Shown piece by piece: positions 10,224 to 21,795 of a DNA stretch of 64,000 nucleotides (positions within the stretch are counted from its first letter, which is position 1; each line of letters starts with the position of its first letter). Source of the DNA: Bacteroidales bacterium (GTDB lineage Bacteria > Bacteroidota > Bacteroidia > Bacteroidales > UBA10428); assembly GCA_046481675.1 (NCBI GenBank), contig JAWOJJ010000147.1:16842-80841 (forward strand), given 5' to 3'. The notes below the pieces were generated by a model. The model did no database searches, was not told the origin of the DNA, and saw only the letters and a list, made by a program, of their open reading frames with translations. The translations under genes were made by a program, and so were the position numbers.

Positions 10224-12259
10224 TCTGCGATGTTTTCATCCTCAACGGCCTTCACATCCTCTTTCTTTTCGGTTTCTTCGTGAATATCAGCCTTAAATTT
10301 ACGTTTTCCAAAGATTTTTTCAAGGTCTTCCGTGAAGATCACTTCTTTTTCAAGAAGCTGATCGGCAAGCTGAACCAGTCCTTCTTTATGCTGGTTGAGA
10401 ATATTCAAGGCTTCAACATACTGCAGATCCACAATTCCTTTGGCTTCTTCGTCAATCAGTTCTGCAGTTTTATCGCTGTAAGGGCGTTGAAATGAATAAT
10501 CACTCTGCCCCGAGGAATCATAAAAGCTCATGTTGCCGATTTTTTCACTAAGTCCAAAATAGGTAACCATGGCATATGCCTGCTTGGTCACTCTTTCCAG
10601 ATCATTCAGGGCACCCGTGGATAACTTGCCAAAGATGATTTGCTCGGCAGCCCTGCCTCCCAGGGTGGCTGTCATCTCCTGCAAAAGCTGGTCGCGCGTG
10701 GTGATCTGCCTTTCTTCGGGCAGGTACCAGGCTGCGCCCAGTGATTTTCCGCGGGGAATGATGGTTACTTTAACAAGCGGACTGGCGTGTTCCAGCATCC
10801 AGCTCACAGTGGCATGGCCTGCCTCGTGGTAGGCAATGGTCTTTTTCTCGTCCATGCTGATGATCTTGTTCTTCTTCTCAAGTCCGCCCACAATACGGTC
10901 TACAGCATCCAAAAAATCCTGTTTCTGCACTGATTTCTTGTTCTTGCGCGCAGCAATCAGGGCAGCTTCGTTACATACATTGGCAATATCGGCACCTGAA
11001 AAACCGGGCGTTTGTCGGGCAAGAAAATCCACATCAAGCTCTTTATCAATTTTAAGGGGTCGCAGGTGTACCTTGAAAATTTCTTTGCGTTCATTGAGAT
11101 CCGGCAACTCCACATAAATCTGCCTGTCAAAGCGTCCGGCACGCAGCAGTGCTTTATCCAGGATGTCAGCCCTGTTGGTGGCCGCCAGAATGATTACTCC
11201 GGCATTGGACGCAAAACCGTCCATTTCGGTAAGAAGCTGATTCAGCGTATTTTCACGTTCATCATTGGCCCCCATGTTTGGATTTTTGCCGCGAGCCCGG
11301 CCAATGGCATCTATCTCATCGATAAATACAATGCAGGGCGCTTTTTCTTTTGCTTGCTTGAACAGGTCGCGGACACGCGATGCACCCACACCAACAAACA
11401 TTTCCACAAAGTCAGAGCCTGAAAGGGAAAAGAAGGGCACATGTGCTTCTCCGGCTACCGCCTTGGCCAGCAGGGTTTTACCCGTTCCCGGAGGTCCAAC
11501 CAACAGGGCCCCTTTGGGGATTTTGCCTCCCAGGTCGGTATATTTTTTTGGTTTCTTCAGAAAATCAACTATTTCCTTAACCTCCATTTTGGCTTCTTCA
11601 AGCCCTGCCACGTCTTTGAAATCGAGCCTGATGTTCTCATCCTTGTCAAATATCCGGGCTTTCGACTTCCCAACGTTGAAAATATTGGTACCACCGGCGG
11701 CGCCGCCTCCTCCGCCCATTCTTCGGAAAATAACCAGGTAAAATACAACCAGAATAATCAGGGGCAGCAAAAGATACATTGAATCACCAAAGGTCCGTTT
11801 CCTGACATATTCGGGATAAACTCGTTCGGCCTCGGGCAGATCGATCTGTGCCTCTTCCAGATTCTTTGAAAAGTTGTCGTTTGAAGCAATGGTCATGGTA
11901 TAATGCGGACCTACCTTGGAAAAGGAATTGAGCTTTTTACTCAGGTTCTTCTGATGCTTGGGTTGTTCAAGCATCTCCTCTTTTACATAAATTTCAACAT
12001 ACTGTTCATTAACAACTTTAATTTCTTTTACCTCCTTTTTCAACAACAGTTCATTGCGAAAAAACTTCCAGTCGATGGGAACCGGTCCCTGCCCCGAGTC
12101 GAAGAAATAAATAAGCAGTATGGCAGCTGCAATGAGAATGTATATCCAAAGTGCATTGAACTTGGGCTTTTTGTTTCCAAGAAGGTTTCCCGGGGTTTTC
12201 GACCCGTTGTTCTCCTTATTTCCTTCAGATTTCTGTTTTGATTCGTTATTTTCTTCCAT
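10220..12259 (-). CDS. ftsH: ATP-dependent zinc metalloprotease FtsH
   Basis: Walker [12 protein letters not shown] second region of homology, zinc site HEAGHA and two N-terminal TM segments. Confidence 0.95.
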   Translation of the reverse strand: MEENNESKQKSEGNKENNGSKTPGNLLGNKKPKFNALWIYILIAAAILLIYFFDSGQGPVPIDWKFFRNELLLKKEVKEIKVVNEQYVEIYVKEEMLEQPKHQKNLSKKLNSFSKVGPHYTMTIASNDNFSKNLEEAQIDLPEAERVYPEYVRKRTFGDSMYLLLPLIILVVFYLVIFRRMGGGGGAAGGTNIFNVGKSKARIFDKDENIRLDFKDVAGLEEAKMEVKEIVDFLKKPKKYTDLGGKIPKGALLVGPPGTGKTLLAKAVAGEAHVPFFSLSGSDFVEMFVGVGASRVRDLFKQAKEKAPCIVFIDEIDAIGRARGKNPNMGANDERENTLNQLLTEMDGFASNAGVIILAATNRADILDKALLRAGRFDRQIYVELPDLNERKEIFKVHLRPLKIDKELDVDFLARQTPGFSGADIANVCNEAALIAARKNKKSVQKQDFLDAVDRIVGGLEKKNKIISMDEKKTIAYHEAGHATVSWMLEHASPLVKVTIIPRGKSLGAAWYLPEERQITTRDQLLQEMTATLGGRAAEQIIFGKLSTGALNDLERVTKQAYAMVTYFGLSEKIGNMSFYDSSGQSDYSFQRPYSDKTAELIDEEAKGIVDLQYVEALNILNQHKEGLVQLADQLLEKEVIFTEDLEKIFGKRKFKADIHEETEKKEDVKAVEDENIAE

Positions 12260-12276
12260 GCTTTTCTATTTCCATG

Positions 12277-12633
12277 TTATTCATCGCGGATCATGGTCAT
12301 ATCGGCATCGCCCCATAAATCCCCGAGTCGGTAATACTCCCTGGCTTCCTTCTGAAAGACGTGCACCACCATATTGCCGTAATCAAGCAATATCCATAGT
12401 GCATTCTCAAGTCCTTCCTTGTGGCTGACTTTTATTTTCAGCTTTTCCTCAACCTTATCTTCTACAGAATCTGCCAATGCCCTCACCTGAGTTGCCGAAT
12501 CACCATGGCAGATTATGAAATAATCACAGGCTGCATAATCCAGCTTCCTCAAGTCCACATTTACAACCTCTTTCCCCTTCTTTTCAAGCAATCCTTCAAT
12601 GATAAAGGCTAACAATTGATCGTCATTTCCCAA
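12277..12633 (-). CDS. rsfS: Ribosome silencing factor RsfS
   Basis: 118 aa with the DYFIICHGDSATQVRALA and VVHVFQKEAREYYRLGDLWGDA family motifs, directly upstream of ftsH. Confidence 0.85.
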   Translation of the reverse strand: MGNDDQLLAFIIEGLLEKKGKEVVNVDLRKLDYAACDYFIICHGDSATQVRALADSVEDKVEEKLKIKVSHKEGLENALWILLDYGNMVVHVFQKEAREYYRLGDLWGDADMTMIRDE

Positions 12634-12812
12634 GCCGGATGATTTTTAAATTTCAGGTTACAAAAATAATGAATTTATCTTTTGGGCTGAAGCTTCATTA
12701 ACACACTATTTTTGTCCCTGTTTCAATATTATTCAGAATATGCCCAATTTTTAATTACAATTACAGTACCAAAAAATACCTGATCTTGTCAGCTGAAACA
12801 AATTCGTTGCGC

Positions 12813-13568
12813 ATGAAAAAAACAATCCTTGGGGAACCCTTACTGAAACTAGATTCTGTGGATTCCACGAACAATTATGCAGCAGCTCTTCTGGCCAAAG
12901 GAACTGCCAAAGACGGCACTGTAATTTTGTCAGCTTACCAAACCCGGGGTAAAGGTCAGGGTACCAATACCTGGATCAGCGGTGCCGGCGAAAACCTCTT
13001 GTTCAGCATCATCCTCAAACCGCAATCGCTTCCGGCCGACAGGCAATTCTTCCTGTCCATGAGCATTTCATGGGGAATTGCCTGTTTCCTGGAAACCCTG
13101 GTCAAACCGGTACAAATCAAGTGGCCCAATGACATCCTGGTTAACAACAAAAAGGTAGCGGGCATTCTGATAGAGAATACGGTTTCGGGTATGAACCTGA
13201 ATACATCTGTTATTGGCATAGGGCTTAATGTGAACCAGGATGTATTTCCCGAAGGCATTACCCACGCAACATCGCTTAAACTCGAATCAGGTTGTGAATT
13301 TGACCTCAACCATACCCTGGAAGAACTTACCGGCTGGCTGGACTCCTGCCTCATGAGCGTGTACCAGGAGCAATACGGCACTGTAAAAGTCAATTACCTG
13401 AACCGGCTCTGGCTGTTGAATAAATGGGCAAATTACAGTGATGCTTCCGGAAAATTTGAAGGCAGAATTACAGATATTACTGATTCAGGAGAACTGATGG
13501 TTCTGCAACGAAACGGGGAAATCAAAAACTACGGGTTTAAGGAGATCGCTTTTAACAACATGCTGTAA
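12813..13568 (+). CDS. birA: Biotin--[acetyl-CoA-carboxylase] ligase
   Basis: LDSVDSTNNYA, QTRGKGQGTNTWIS (GRGRxGRxW-type motif) and KWPNDILVNNKKVAGILIE. ATG 12813 is preferred over TTG 12786. Confidence 0.8.
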   Translation: MKKTILGEPLLKLDSVDSTNNYAAALLAKGTAKDGTVILSAYQTRGKGQGTNTWISGAGENLLFSIILKPQSLPADRQFFLSMSISWGIACFLETLVKPVQIKWPNDILVNNKKVAGILIENTVSGMNLNTSVIGIGLNVNQDVFPEGITHATSLKLESGCEFDLNHTLEELTGWLDSCLMSVYQEQYGTVKVNYLNRLWLLNKWANYSDASGKFEGRITDITDSGELMVLQRNGEIKNYGFKEIAFNNML

Positions 13569-13595
13569 TACCAGCATGGAATCTGTTTTCTGAAT

Positions 13596-14009
13596 TCACC
13601 CGGCAAAATCAATAGTTTCGATTTTGTCAGCCATCAGGTCAAGAAACTTTTGCAGCGGTGACCGGGCCATCATTTCAAGAAACATATTCAGGTTGGCATC
13701 AAGATCAATTTCTACCTGTGATGTATTTTCTGTTAACACTGCTATACGTACATGGAATGTAAAATCAGCGGCACTGTCTTCGGTGGCTTTGATCACCATC
13801 AGTTCATTCGGATGCCTTTCGCTGATTTTAAGGCCCACGTTACCCAGTCCCGTTATGCTGAATCTTACCGTATCATCCGTAATTACAACCTGCTGCATCA
13901 TATCGGAAGACATCAGATTACTGAAGTTCCTGAAATCGGCGAGAAAATTATAAACAACTTCCTGGCTGCCGTTTGCTTTTCCTTTTTTACTGTTTAGTGT
14001 AAGCATCAT
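13596..14009 (-). CDS. SRPBCC-fold-like small protein, function unknown
   Basis: 137 aa, soluble, downstream of pyrE as in many Bacteroidota. Called by weak resemblance only. Confidence 0.4.
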   Translation of the reverse strand: MMLTLNSKKGKANGSQEVVYNFLADFRNFSNLMSSDMMQQVVITDDTVRFSITGLGNVGLKISERHPNELMVIKATEDSAADFTFHVRIAVLTENTSQVEIDLDANLNMFLEMMARSPLQKFLDLMADKIETIDFAG

Positions 14010-14036
14010 TTATAGAATTACGGAGTGTGTAAGGGG

Positions 14037-14672
14037 TCAGGCTCTTTCCCATGTTTCGGGCGATTGCCGCCATTCCCTGAGGGTTTCCAGGTTACCTGCC
14101 GGGATATAACCGGTTTCAAGCGCGAGATCAACCAAAACTTCATAATTACTGAGCGTGAACAGGCTGCACCCTGCCTCCCTGAAAGCCATTTCTGCTTTGG
14201 GAAAGCCATAAGTAAAGATGGCCACCATGCCCAGCACCTCACAACCATATTGTCTGAGCGCATGAACGGCTTTCAGACTGCTTCCGCCGGTGGATATGAG
14301 GTCTTCAATAACAACAACACGCTGGCCTTTTTGGGGATTGCCTTCAATAAGGTTCTCCAAACCGTGACCTTTGGCCTCTGACCTAACGTACATAAAGGGT
14401 AGATCGAGCATGTCTGCTACCAGGGCACCCTGAGCAATGGCGCCAGTTGCAACTCCGGCAATGGCCTCTGTTGATAAAAAATTTTCTTTTATAAGCTCAG
14501 CAAAACTATCTTTGATCGCTTTTCTGATTTTAGGATATGCCAGTGTTTTTCGGTTGTCGCAATATATGGGCGACTTCCATCCCGACGCCCATTGAAAGGG
14601 CTTATCGGGACTTAATTTAATGGCATTGCATTCAAGAAGGAGGCTGGCAATTAGTTTTTCGGATTTTTTCAT
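14037..14672 (-). CDS. pyrE: Orotate phosphoribosyltransferase
   Basis: PRPP-binding motif VVVIEDLISTGGSS. Start MKKSEKLIASLLL at 14672 gives 211 aa. The longer ORF to 14732 would overlap the divergent NUDIX gene. Confidence 0.9.
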   Translation of the reverse strand: MKKSEKLIASLLLECNAIKLSPDKPFQWASGWKSPIYCDNRKTLAYPKIRKAIKDSFAELIKENFLSTEAIAGVATGAIAQGALVADMLDLPFMYVRSEAKGHGLENLIEGNPQKGQRVVVIEDLISTGGSSLKAVHALRQYGCEVLGMVAIFTYGFPKAEMAFREAGCSLFTLSNYEVLVDLALETGYIPAGNLETLREWRQSPETWERA

Positions 14673-14679
14673 GGAGTAA

Positions 14680-15294
14680 ATGTACAAAGTTTTTTTCAAC
14701 GAGAGGATTGTGCTGTTGACTGATGATTTCATCAGGAACTTTCAGGCAAAATACGGGCTTTTTTACAAGTACAAAAATGTGGAAGAGCTCACTGAGTTGC
14801 TCGACTTTTACTGGAACCTGAAATGTGTGGATACGCTGTTCATTTTTCATTATGATATTGAGGAATTGCGTGAACGGTTCAAATCGTGCTTTCAGCAGGT
14901 ATATGCAGCAGGCGGGCTTGTTCAGAATGAGTCGGGCGAGTACCTGTTCATCAAACGAATGGGCAAATGGGACCTGCCAAAAGGCAAGGTTGACCAGAAT
15001 GAAACGTTTGAAGCCGCCGCTGTAAGAGAGGTTACTGAAGAATGTGGAATTCACGGACTTGAAGTTGTAGGACCGCTGATGGCAACCTATCATGTTTACT
15101 ATATTGACGAGTCATCTGTGCTGAAAAGAACCGGTTGGTTTGAGATGCATTATGGCGGAAAAGAAGAGCCGGTTCCGCAATTTGACGAGGACATTACCGA
15201 AACCAAATGGATCAGGAAGGAGGACCTGGGCATCATCACCTCAAATACCTATCCGGCAATTACCGATATCCTGAAATATAAAAATCTGCTATAA
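14680..15294 (+). CDS. NUDIX hydrolase
   Basis: Nudix box GKVDQNETFEAAAVREVTEECG (Gx5Ex7REUxEExGU) in the C-terminal half. Confidence 0.75.
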   Translation: MYKVFFNERIVLLTDDFIRNFQAKYGLFYKYKNVEELTELLDFYWNLKCVDTLFIFHYDIEELRERFKSCFQQVYAAGGLVQNESGEYLFIKRMGKWDLPKGKVDQNETFEAAAVREVTEECGIHGLEVVGPLMATYHVYYIDESSVLKRTGWFEMHYGGKEEPVPQFDEDITETKWIRKEDLGIITSNTYPAITDILKYKNLL

Positions 15295-16701
15295 ATCGCC
15301 CCTGGCTTTCATTACTTCAAACAAGCGCTGTTCAAAGTTCTCGGCTGGTGAAACCGCCGGAGAGTGAATTAATTTTCCATCCGGACCTATCAGAAAATAA
15401 GTTGGGAAAGCGCGGATGTCGTATTCCTTAAGTATTTCAGGCTGATTGTTATAATAAAGAAACTTCCAGTTGTATTTGTTCTTTTTCAGAAACTGCCTGA
15501 ATACCTCCTCATCAGGATCTGTGGCAATGGTAATCACTTCAATTTTATCCTTGTGCCTTTCGAAAAAAGGAGTAAGCATTCTGAATTCGTTCAAACATGA
15601 ATAACTCTGACAGGTGCAAAAATTAAGATATACATATCTGCCCCTGAAATCGGATAAACGAACCAACTTACCGCCTGTATCCCGGAGTTCAAACTGCGGG
15701 GGATCGTACCCGGGCTGAAGCCGTGTTATTTTGTGTCGTATGTTGCGTGCGATTTTTGCATGCTCTCCAATTCCAGTTCTCAGGATAAGAGAGTCAAGCA
15801 GGGTAAGCAGGCCTTTGCGGGAAAACTGGCTTCCGTAAAACTCGTCATGAATCTGCTTCAGAATGATCAATTCCATGAGAGTGTCATTGCTGAAATTACC
15901 GGCCACTGAGAGGGTATGCAGCAAAGAGGTGTAACTTGCGGCCCTGTTGATGTCATCGTAAACTTTTTTACCTGAATCAGAACGACCCAGAAAGATAAAA
16001 TACTTGTCAAATACCTGGTTGAACAGGTCGCCGTAAACCGGGTTATTGTACAGCACAGGCCGGTTATTGAAATACTCATCAGAAAGGCTTTGAACGCGTT
16101 GCTGATTAGCCAGCAACTTCAGCATTCCGTAGTAATAATTTCGGTAATCCTGGTAAAAACGGTTTACCGTATTCTTAAAAGGTGCTTCAATCTGCTGAAT
16201 ATCCGCCTCCAGCTTTTCCAAATCCTTCTTCTGGTAAATGCTGTTTACATGTTTTTCATAATAGGGAACATAAGCATCATCGAACATGACGATGAGCATG
16301 TTCAGATCCTCGCTGCTGAAGTTTGTCAGGCCCAGGTGTATATCAACCGGTTCGAAATAAGGATTCAGGCGTTCTTCAGGTGTTTTATCCCTTCGTTCGG
16401 GAAGTACCAGCTGATAGGTGTTCCCGGGTTCAACATAAAAATAGCCCCTGTAAATTCCCAGGTACGTATGTAGCTGACGGGTAGAATCCGATGAAATTTC
16501 CAGTTTAAAATCCCCCTTTTCTGAAACCATGCATTCACCCAACAGATACTCAGTTCCGGTAATCCAGTCCGAAGTTTTATAAAATGATATCTTGGTATTC
16601 CTGTATGAAGGGGCACTACCGGTAACGGTAATAGTTCCGGCCGATGAAACGGCAGGATACATCAGGAACAGCGCCACCAACACAAAAAATACACGATTCA
16701 T
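15289..16701 (-). CDS. Secreted thioredoxin-fold (TlpA/redoxin-like) protein with large N-terminal domain
   Basis: Signal peptide MNRVFFVLVALFLMYPAVSSA from ATG 16701 (alternative 16710). C-terminal redoxin-like region YVYLNFCTCQSYSC...AFPTYFLIGPDGKL with a non-canonical Cys arrangement. Confidence 0.55.
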   Translation of the reverse strand: MNRVFFVLVALFLMYPAVSSAGTITVTGSAPSYRNTKISFYKTSDWITGTEYLLGECMVSEKGDFKLEISSDSTRQLHTYLGIYRGYFYVEPGNTYQLVLPERRDKTPEERLNPYFEPVDIHLGLTNFSSEDLNMLIVMFDDAYVPYYEKHVNSIYQKKDLEKLEADIQQIEAPFKNTVNRFYQDYRNYYYGMLKLLANQQRVQSLSDEYFNNRPVLYNNPVYGDLFNQVFDKYFIFLGRSDSGKKVYDDINRAASYTSLLHTLSVAGNFSNDTLMELIILKQIHDEFYGSQFSRKGLLTLLDSLILRTGIGEHAKIARNIRHKITRLQPGYDPPQFELRDTGGKLVRLSDFRGRYVYLNFCTCQSYSCLNEFRMLTPFFERHKDKIEVITIATDPDEEVFRQFLKKNKYNWKFLYYNNQPEILKEYDIRAFPTYFLIGPDGKLIHSPAVSPAENFEQRLFEVMKARGDL

Positions 16702-16714
16702 GATATCCATATTT

Positions 16715-17191
16715 CTAAACAACACTATACTTTGCCGGCAGAAAAAGACTGGCATCGCCACCCTGCTTGATGATTTCACGAATAATTGAAGAATTCACAA
16801 AGGTGTGTTGGGGCAATGTGAGTAAAAACACGGTTTCAATATCGGGATACATCACCTTATTGGTTTGTGCTATGGCCCGTTCGTACTCAAAATCGGCTGC
16901 TGTCCGTAGTCCGCGAAGAATGTAGCGTGATTTTTCGCTTTTGCAGAAATCCACGGTCAGTCCTTTGAACACCTTTACAACAACCCTGCCTCCGGTATCT
17001 TCAAATACTTTTTGTGTTTCCAACAGGCTTTTCTCAATAGGGATAAACCTGGTTTTGGTGGTGTTGTTACCGATTCCTACGATTACTTTGTCGAACATAT
17101 CCAGCGCACGGCGCACAACTGATTCATGACCAATGGTAAAGGGATCGAAAGATCCGGGGAAAACAGCAGTTTTTATTTTATCATTTGCCAT
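16715..17191 (-). CDS. coaD: Pantetheine-phosphate adenylyltransferase
   Basis: 158 aa with FPGSFDPFTIGH nucleotidyltransferase motif and ILRGLR segment. Confidence 0.9.
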   Translation of the reverse strand: MANDKIKTAVFPGSFDPFTIGHESVVRRALDMFDKVIVGIGNNTTKTRFIPIEKSLLETQKVFEDTGGRVVVKVFKGLTVDFCKSEKSRYILRGLRTAADFEYERAIAQTNKVMYPDIETVFLLTLPQHTFVNSSIIREIIKQGGDASLFLPAKYSVV

Positions 17192-17200
17192 ATGAGGTAA

Positions 17201-17249
17201 TCATTGGTTATTGTTAATTGCTCATTGTTAATTGCTCATTGTTCAATAA
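17201..17249. repeat. Heptamer-phased tandem array (TCATTGT/TAATTGC alternating, 7 units)
   Basis: Read directly: tcattgg ttattgt taattgc tcattgt taattgc tcattgt tcaataa. It fills the gap between the coaD start (17191) and the stop of the next gene (17251). Confidence 0.8.
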
Positions 17250-17250
17250 A

Positions 17251-17784
17251 TTACTCTTCCCTCACCTGCAAGGCGCCAAATACAACCGGGGCATCAATGA
17301 TCAGGCTATTGAGCGAAGTTCCGAATGTATCCGTGGCAAATTGAATTGTTCCGAAAGCAACAGTATTGCCGTCGGGCATTGTAGCCCCGGCAAAAACGGC
17401 ATCTGATTTGATCTTTACCGGGGTGTTTTTGCTGATTCGGATGACTGAATTACCGAATACCGTATTGATCTTTATTCTAATGGGTTCATTGTCGGGAAAC
17501 TGCACATGTCTGAAATCATAAACCGACCTTCCGAAGATTACGTTGTATTCGGCGTTGTCCTTGGGCTGGTCGGTAACCGCCCGGTCATCAAACATAGTAT
17601 TGTGTTCATCCCTGTGAGCTTTGAACATCCAGGGTTTGCCAACCAACAGGCTTACCCCAACAAAAATCAGGAAGAGCGCAAAAAGCACCCCGAAAAGATT
17701 GACGTCAAAGACTACCCTAAATATGGCTGCCAACCCAATAAGAACCAGCAGCACACCCCAAAATAAACCTGGTGCCATTTTCAT
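17251..17784 (-). CDS. Membrane protein, LiaF-C/DUF2154-like
   Basis: 177 aa with two N-terminal TM helices followed by a beta-rich domain. Weak family resemblance. Confidence 0.4.
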   Translation of the reverse strand: MKMAPGLFWGVLLVLIGLAAIFRVVFDVNLFGVLFALFLIFVGVSLLVGKPWMFKAHRDEHNTMFDDRAVTDQPKDNAEYNVIFGRSVYDFRHVQFPDNEPIRIKINTVFGNSVIRISKNTPVKIKSDAVFAGATMPDGNTVAFGTIQFATDTFGTSLNSLIIDAPVVFGALQVREE

Positions 17785-17869
17785 ACAGTTTTAAGATTTA
17801 GGTACAAAATAGGGCAATGGCCCGCAGTTATAAAACAATATATCGGTAAGGCGCGCATTGGGATCGGTA

Positions 17870-20326
17870 TTAAGCGAGTTTCAACGGTTTATTAACCTTG
17901 TCCTGCAGCAGGGCCATTTCAAATACCTGCATGATGTTGCTGACATAGTGAAAAGTAAGGCCTTTAAGGTAAATATCATTGATCTCTGCGATATCCTTTC
18001 GGTTTTCCTCCGAGAGAATGATTTCCTTAATATCAGCACGTTTTGCAGCCAGAATTTTTTCCTTGATACCTCCCACAGGCAATACTTTTCCCCTGAGTGT
18101 AATTTCACCGGTCATGGCCAGGTTTTTCCTGACCTTTCTCTGGGTCATGGCCGAGGCTATTGCTGTTGCCATGGTGATTCCGGCAGAAGGCCCGTCCTTG
18201 GGAATGGCTCCTTCGGGAACATGAACGTGAATGTTCCAATTCTCAAATATTTCAGGAGCCAGATCAAGCAATTCACTGTGTGATTTTATGTATTCCAGAG
18301 CAATAACTGCGGATTCCTTCATCACATCACCCAGGTTACCTGTCAGAGTCAGTGTTCCTTTGCCCTTGCTCAAACTGGTTTCAATAAAGAGAATTTCTCC
18401 TCCACTGGCAGTCCATGCCAAACCTGTAACCACCCCGGCAAATTCATTGCCCTGGTATTTGTCTTTCGTATATTTCGGGGCACCTAAAATGGTTTCAACA
18501 TCCTTTTCCGAGAGTTTCTTGTTGAAGTTTTCACCCAGAGCTACCTTTTTGGCTATTACCCGCACCAGTTTTGCAATGGTTTTATCCAATTCGCGCACAC
18601 CCGACTCGCGGGTATAGTTTTCAACCAGGTATTCGAGCATTTTTTTGGAAAGTGAAACCGCGTTGGCTTTGAGCCCGTGATTCTTTAATTCCTTGGGTAC
18701 CAGGTGCCGGCGGGCAATCTCCACTTTTTCTTCAATAATGTAGCCGCTCACGTTAATCAGTTCCATCCTGTCGAGCAGAGCCGGATTGATTGTGCTGGTG
18801 GTATTGGCTGTGGCAATGAACAACGCCCTTGACAAGTCATATTCCAGTTCAATGAAATTGTCGTAAAACGCATTGTTCTGTTCCGGATCCAATACTTCAA
18901 GAAGGGCGGAAGAGGGGTCGCCGTGAAAATCCCTGCCCACCTTGTCGATCTCATCCAGTACAAAAACAGGGTTGGACGATTTTGCCTTTCTCAGGCTTTG
19001 CACTATCCGGCCCGGCATGGCGCCGATATAGGTTTTGCGGTGGCCACGGATTTCTGCCTCATCATGCAGTCCGCCCAGCGACATACGGATATATTTACGG
19101 TTTAGCGCCTTGGCAATGGATTTGCCGAGTGAGGTCTTCCCTACTCCCGGAGGGCCATACAAACAAATGATGGGCGATTTCATATCGCCTTTTAGCTTAA
19201 GTACAGCAAGGTGTTCAATAATCCGGTCCTTTACCTTTTCAAGGCCGAAATGATCCCGGTCAAGTATTCGCTGAGCCCTTTTCAGATCAAAGTTATCTTT
19301 GGTGAATTCATTCCAGGGCAGTTCGAGAAGTGTCTGCAGGTAATTCAGCTGCACAGAATACTCTCCGGTAGCCGGGTTGAGCCTGTTCAGCTTGTCTACT
19401 TCCTTATAAAAGACCGCACTGGTATCCTTGCCCCACTTTTTCTTATTGGCCCTTTTCTTCAACTCTTCTATTTCCTGTTCAAGTGGATTGCCTCCCAGCT
19501 CATCCTGAATGGTTTTCATCTGCTGGTGAAGGAAGTATTCACGCTGCTGCTGGTCCATATCAATCTTCACCTTGGTTTGAATGTCATGTTTCAGTTCCAG
19601 CATTTGCACTTCACGCGACAGGTATTGGAGCAACGCAGTGGCCCGCTTTTTCAAATTACTTTGTTCCAGCAGGTGCTGCTTCTCATGCATTCTGATATCG
19701 CTGTTTGAACTGATGAAATTGATCAGGAATGAAGAGCTTTCGATATTTCTCACAGCAAAGGATGTCTCCTGCGGTATGTTGCTTGAGAGCTTGATGATTT
19801 TAAGAGAAAGGTCTTTCAGGGAACCCACAATGGCTTCAAATTCATGATCCTTCCGGCGCGGTTTCACATCCTGGAGTTCTTCAACACGGGCTACATAATA
19901 GGGCTCTGTGGCTATGAACTCACTAATGGAAAATCTTTTTTTCCCCTGTATGATCACCGATGTAGAACCATCGGGCATTTCAAGTATCCTCAACAACTGG
20001 GCCATGGTGCCCACCGAGTACATCTCATCGGGTTCGGGATCATCCAGATTGGGATCGCGCTGCGCCACAGTTCCAATAACCTTGCCTTTCTGGTAGATCT
20101 CCCTGACCAGCTTCATCGATTTCTCACGTCCAACCGTTATGGGAATGATTACCCCGGGGAAAAGCACCGTATTTCTGAGTGGAAGTATCGGCAGTGAATC
20201 CGGAACCCTGGTCATATTAATACTCTCCTCATCCTCTTCGGAAATAAGGGGTATGAAATCCGTATCTTCGTTAACAGGTGATGAAAAAAACAAATCGTTT
20301 CCCTTCTTTTCTTGCAGTATGCTCAT
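17870..20326 (-). CDS. lon: Lon protease (endopeptidase La)
   Basis: 818 aa with Walker [10 protein letters not shown] and the protease active-site motif [14 protein letters not shown]. Confidence 0.95.
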   Translation of the reverse strand: MSILQEKKGNDLFFSSPVNEDTDFIPLISEEDEESINMTRVPDSLPILPLRNTVLFPGVIIPITVGREKSMKLVREIYQKGKVIGTVAQRDPNLDDPEPDEMYSVGTMAQLLRILEMPDGSTSVIIQGKKRFSISEFIATEPYYVARVEELQDVKPRRKDHEFEAIVGSLKDLSLKIIKLSSNIPQETSFAVRNIESSSFLINFISSNSDIRMHEKQHLLEQSNLKKRATALLQYLSREVQMLELKHDIQTKVKIDMDQQQREYFLHQQMKTIQDELGGNPLEQEIEELKKRANKKKWGKDTSAVFYKEVDKLNRLNPATGEYSVQLNYLQTLLELPWNEFTKDNFDLKRAQRILDRDHFGLEKVKDRIIEHLAVLKLKGDMKSPIICLYGPPGVGKTSLGKSIAKALNRKYIRMSLGGLHDEAEIRGHRKTYIGAMPGRIVQSLRKAKSSNPVFVLDEIDKVGRDFHGDPSSALLEVLDPEQNNAFYDNFIELEYDLSRALFIATANTTSTINPALLDRMELINVSGYIIEEKVEIARRHLVPKELKNHGLKANAVSLSKKMLEYLVENYTRESGVRELDKTIAKLVRVIAKKVALGENFNKKLSEKDVETILGAPKYTKDKYQGNEFAGVVTGLAWTASGGEILFIETSLSKGKGTLTLTGNLGDVMKESAVIALEYIKSHSELLDLAPEIFENWNIHVHVPEGAIPKDGPSAGITMATAIASAMTQRKVRKNLAMTGEITLRGKVLPVGGIKEKILAAKRADIKEIILSEENRKDIAEINDIYLKGLTFHYVSNIMQVFEMALLQDKVNKPLKLA

Positions 20327-20466
20327 AAAAAATTTCTTCCTCCTGAAAAATAAACAAAATAATAGACAAATTGTCAGTCAAAGTTGAATAATTCTGGTCA
20401 AACAATACAGACAATCTTTATGCCATGGTGTTCAAAGCCCGTAAAATAATTCATTCGCGCCCTGAT

Positions 20467-21663
20467 TTATTTCCGGTAAAGGCCGCTGCGTATGAAAATC
20501 TGTTCAATCATTTTTTTGTCTGCCTCAATGAGGCTCATGTTGTGCAGTTCCATGCCGATCCTGATGGTTTCAATGGCATTGGCCAAACGGTACGTTTCGA
20601 ACCCTGCAGCGCCACCCCAGGAAAATGAAGGAATGAAGTTGCCGGGAAATCCTGAACCGAAAATATTGGATGAAATACCAACAACAGTGCCCGTATTGAA
20701 CATGGTATTGATACCACAACGTGAATAGTCGCCCATGATCAGTCCGCAGAATTGCAAACCTGTTTCTTCCGCCTTACCTGTTGCATAATCCCATACCGGA
20801 AGCAGGGTGTAGTTATTCTTCAGGTTGGAAGTATTGGATCCTGCACCGAAATTGCACCACGTTCCAATTACTGAATTTCCCATATACCCGTCGTGTACCT
20901 TATAGGTATATCCCATAATCACGGAATTGGTAATTTCTCCGCCCACTTTGGAATAGGGGCCAACTGTTGTGGGGCCATAAATGCGTGTGCCCATTTTCAC
21001 TGAAGCACCCTCACACAAAGCAAACGGACCCCGGATCAGGGATCCCTCCATTGCAACAGCATTGTTCCCGATATAAACCGGTCCGGTAGAGGCATTGATG
21101 GTAACAAATTCCAGTGATGCCCCTGCTTCCACAAATACATTTTCCGGGCTGATCACCCTGTTGGTTGAACTCAGCGGGACAGATTTTCGCTTCCCGGTCA
21201 GCAGGCCGAAATCCGATTCCAGCTCAACACCATTCAGCCGGAAGATCTGCCAGGTCCTTGATATATTCCGGAATTCCGATTTGGCCTGAACAATCGCATG
21301 ACCTTTCGGAGGCAGTCCGCTGAAAAGCTCCACTGCAGTTTTATCCAGACATCCGGCAACAAAAAAAGAATCCTTCATTAGTACTTCTCCGCAGCGGAGT
21401 TGCATCACCTCATCCAAAAGCTGGCGGTTAGGTGTTACGCAACCATTAATCACCAGGTTTTCGTCTCCCAAAACCAGGGCAAATTTTTCCTGCAGGTAAT
21501 CCTGGGTTTTATGTGAGAATGGCCGACCGGTCCATTTTTCCCATTTCTCGCGAATGGTCAGAATGCCCACGCGTATTTCAGCAACAGGGCGTGTGTATGT
21601 AAAAGGGAGTAAGTGATCGCGCTGGTAGTCGTCGAAAAGGATGAAACTCTTGTTAACTGCCAT
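20467..21663 (-). CDS. GlmU-like putative sugar nucleotidyltransferase with left-handed beta-helix domain
   Basis: 398 aa. The C-terminal half shows hexapeptide-repeat periodicity (IG.N..I.....). The N-terminal part is nucleotidyltransferase-like. Confidence 0.55.
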   Translation of the reverse strand: MAVNKSFILFDDYQRDHLLPFTYTRPVAEIRVGILTIREKWEKWTGRPFSHKTQDYLQEKFALVLGDENLVINGCVTPNRQLLDEVMQLRCGEVLMKDSFFVAGCLDKTAVELFSGLPPKGHAIVQAKSEFRNISRTWQIFRLNGVELESDFGLLTGKRKSVPLSSTNRVISPENVFVEAGASLEFVTINASTGPVYIGNNAVAMEGSLIRGPFALCEGASVKMGTRIYGPTTVGPYSKVGGEITNSVIMGYTYKVHDGYMGNSVIGTWCNFGAGSNTSNLKNNYTLLPVWDYATGKAEETGLQFCGLIMGDYSRCGINTMFNTGTVVGISSNIFGSGFPGNFIPSFSWGGAAGFETYRLANAIETIRIGMELHNMSLIEADKKMIEQIFIRSGLYRK

Positions 21664-21726
21664 GATTAATAAACTGGTATATACAAATATACATCATTCC
21701 TCCGCTTTCGATAAGTTGATGATGCT

Positions 21727-21763
21727 AAAAAAAAACTCCGTTTCCACGGAAATGAAAACGGAG
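21727..21763 (-). terminator. Rho-independent terminator of rpmE2
   Basis: Stem CTCCGTTT/AAACGGAG. On the minus strand the hairpin is followed by a T9 run, about 30 nt after the L31 stop. Confidence 0.6.
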
Positions 21764-21795
21764 CTGATCTTATCGAACAACAACAATTCTGATTA

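Noticed and set aside
10836-11741. Several plus-strand ORFs (93-158 aa) opposite ftsH
   Set aside because: These are antisense shadows of ftsH. The products are Pro/Ser/Arg-rich translations.
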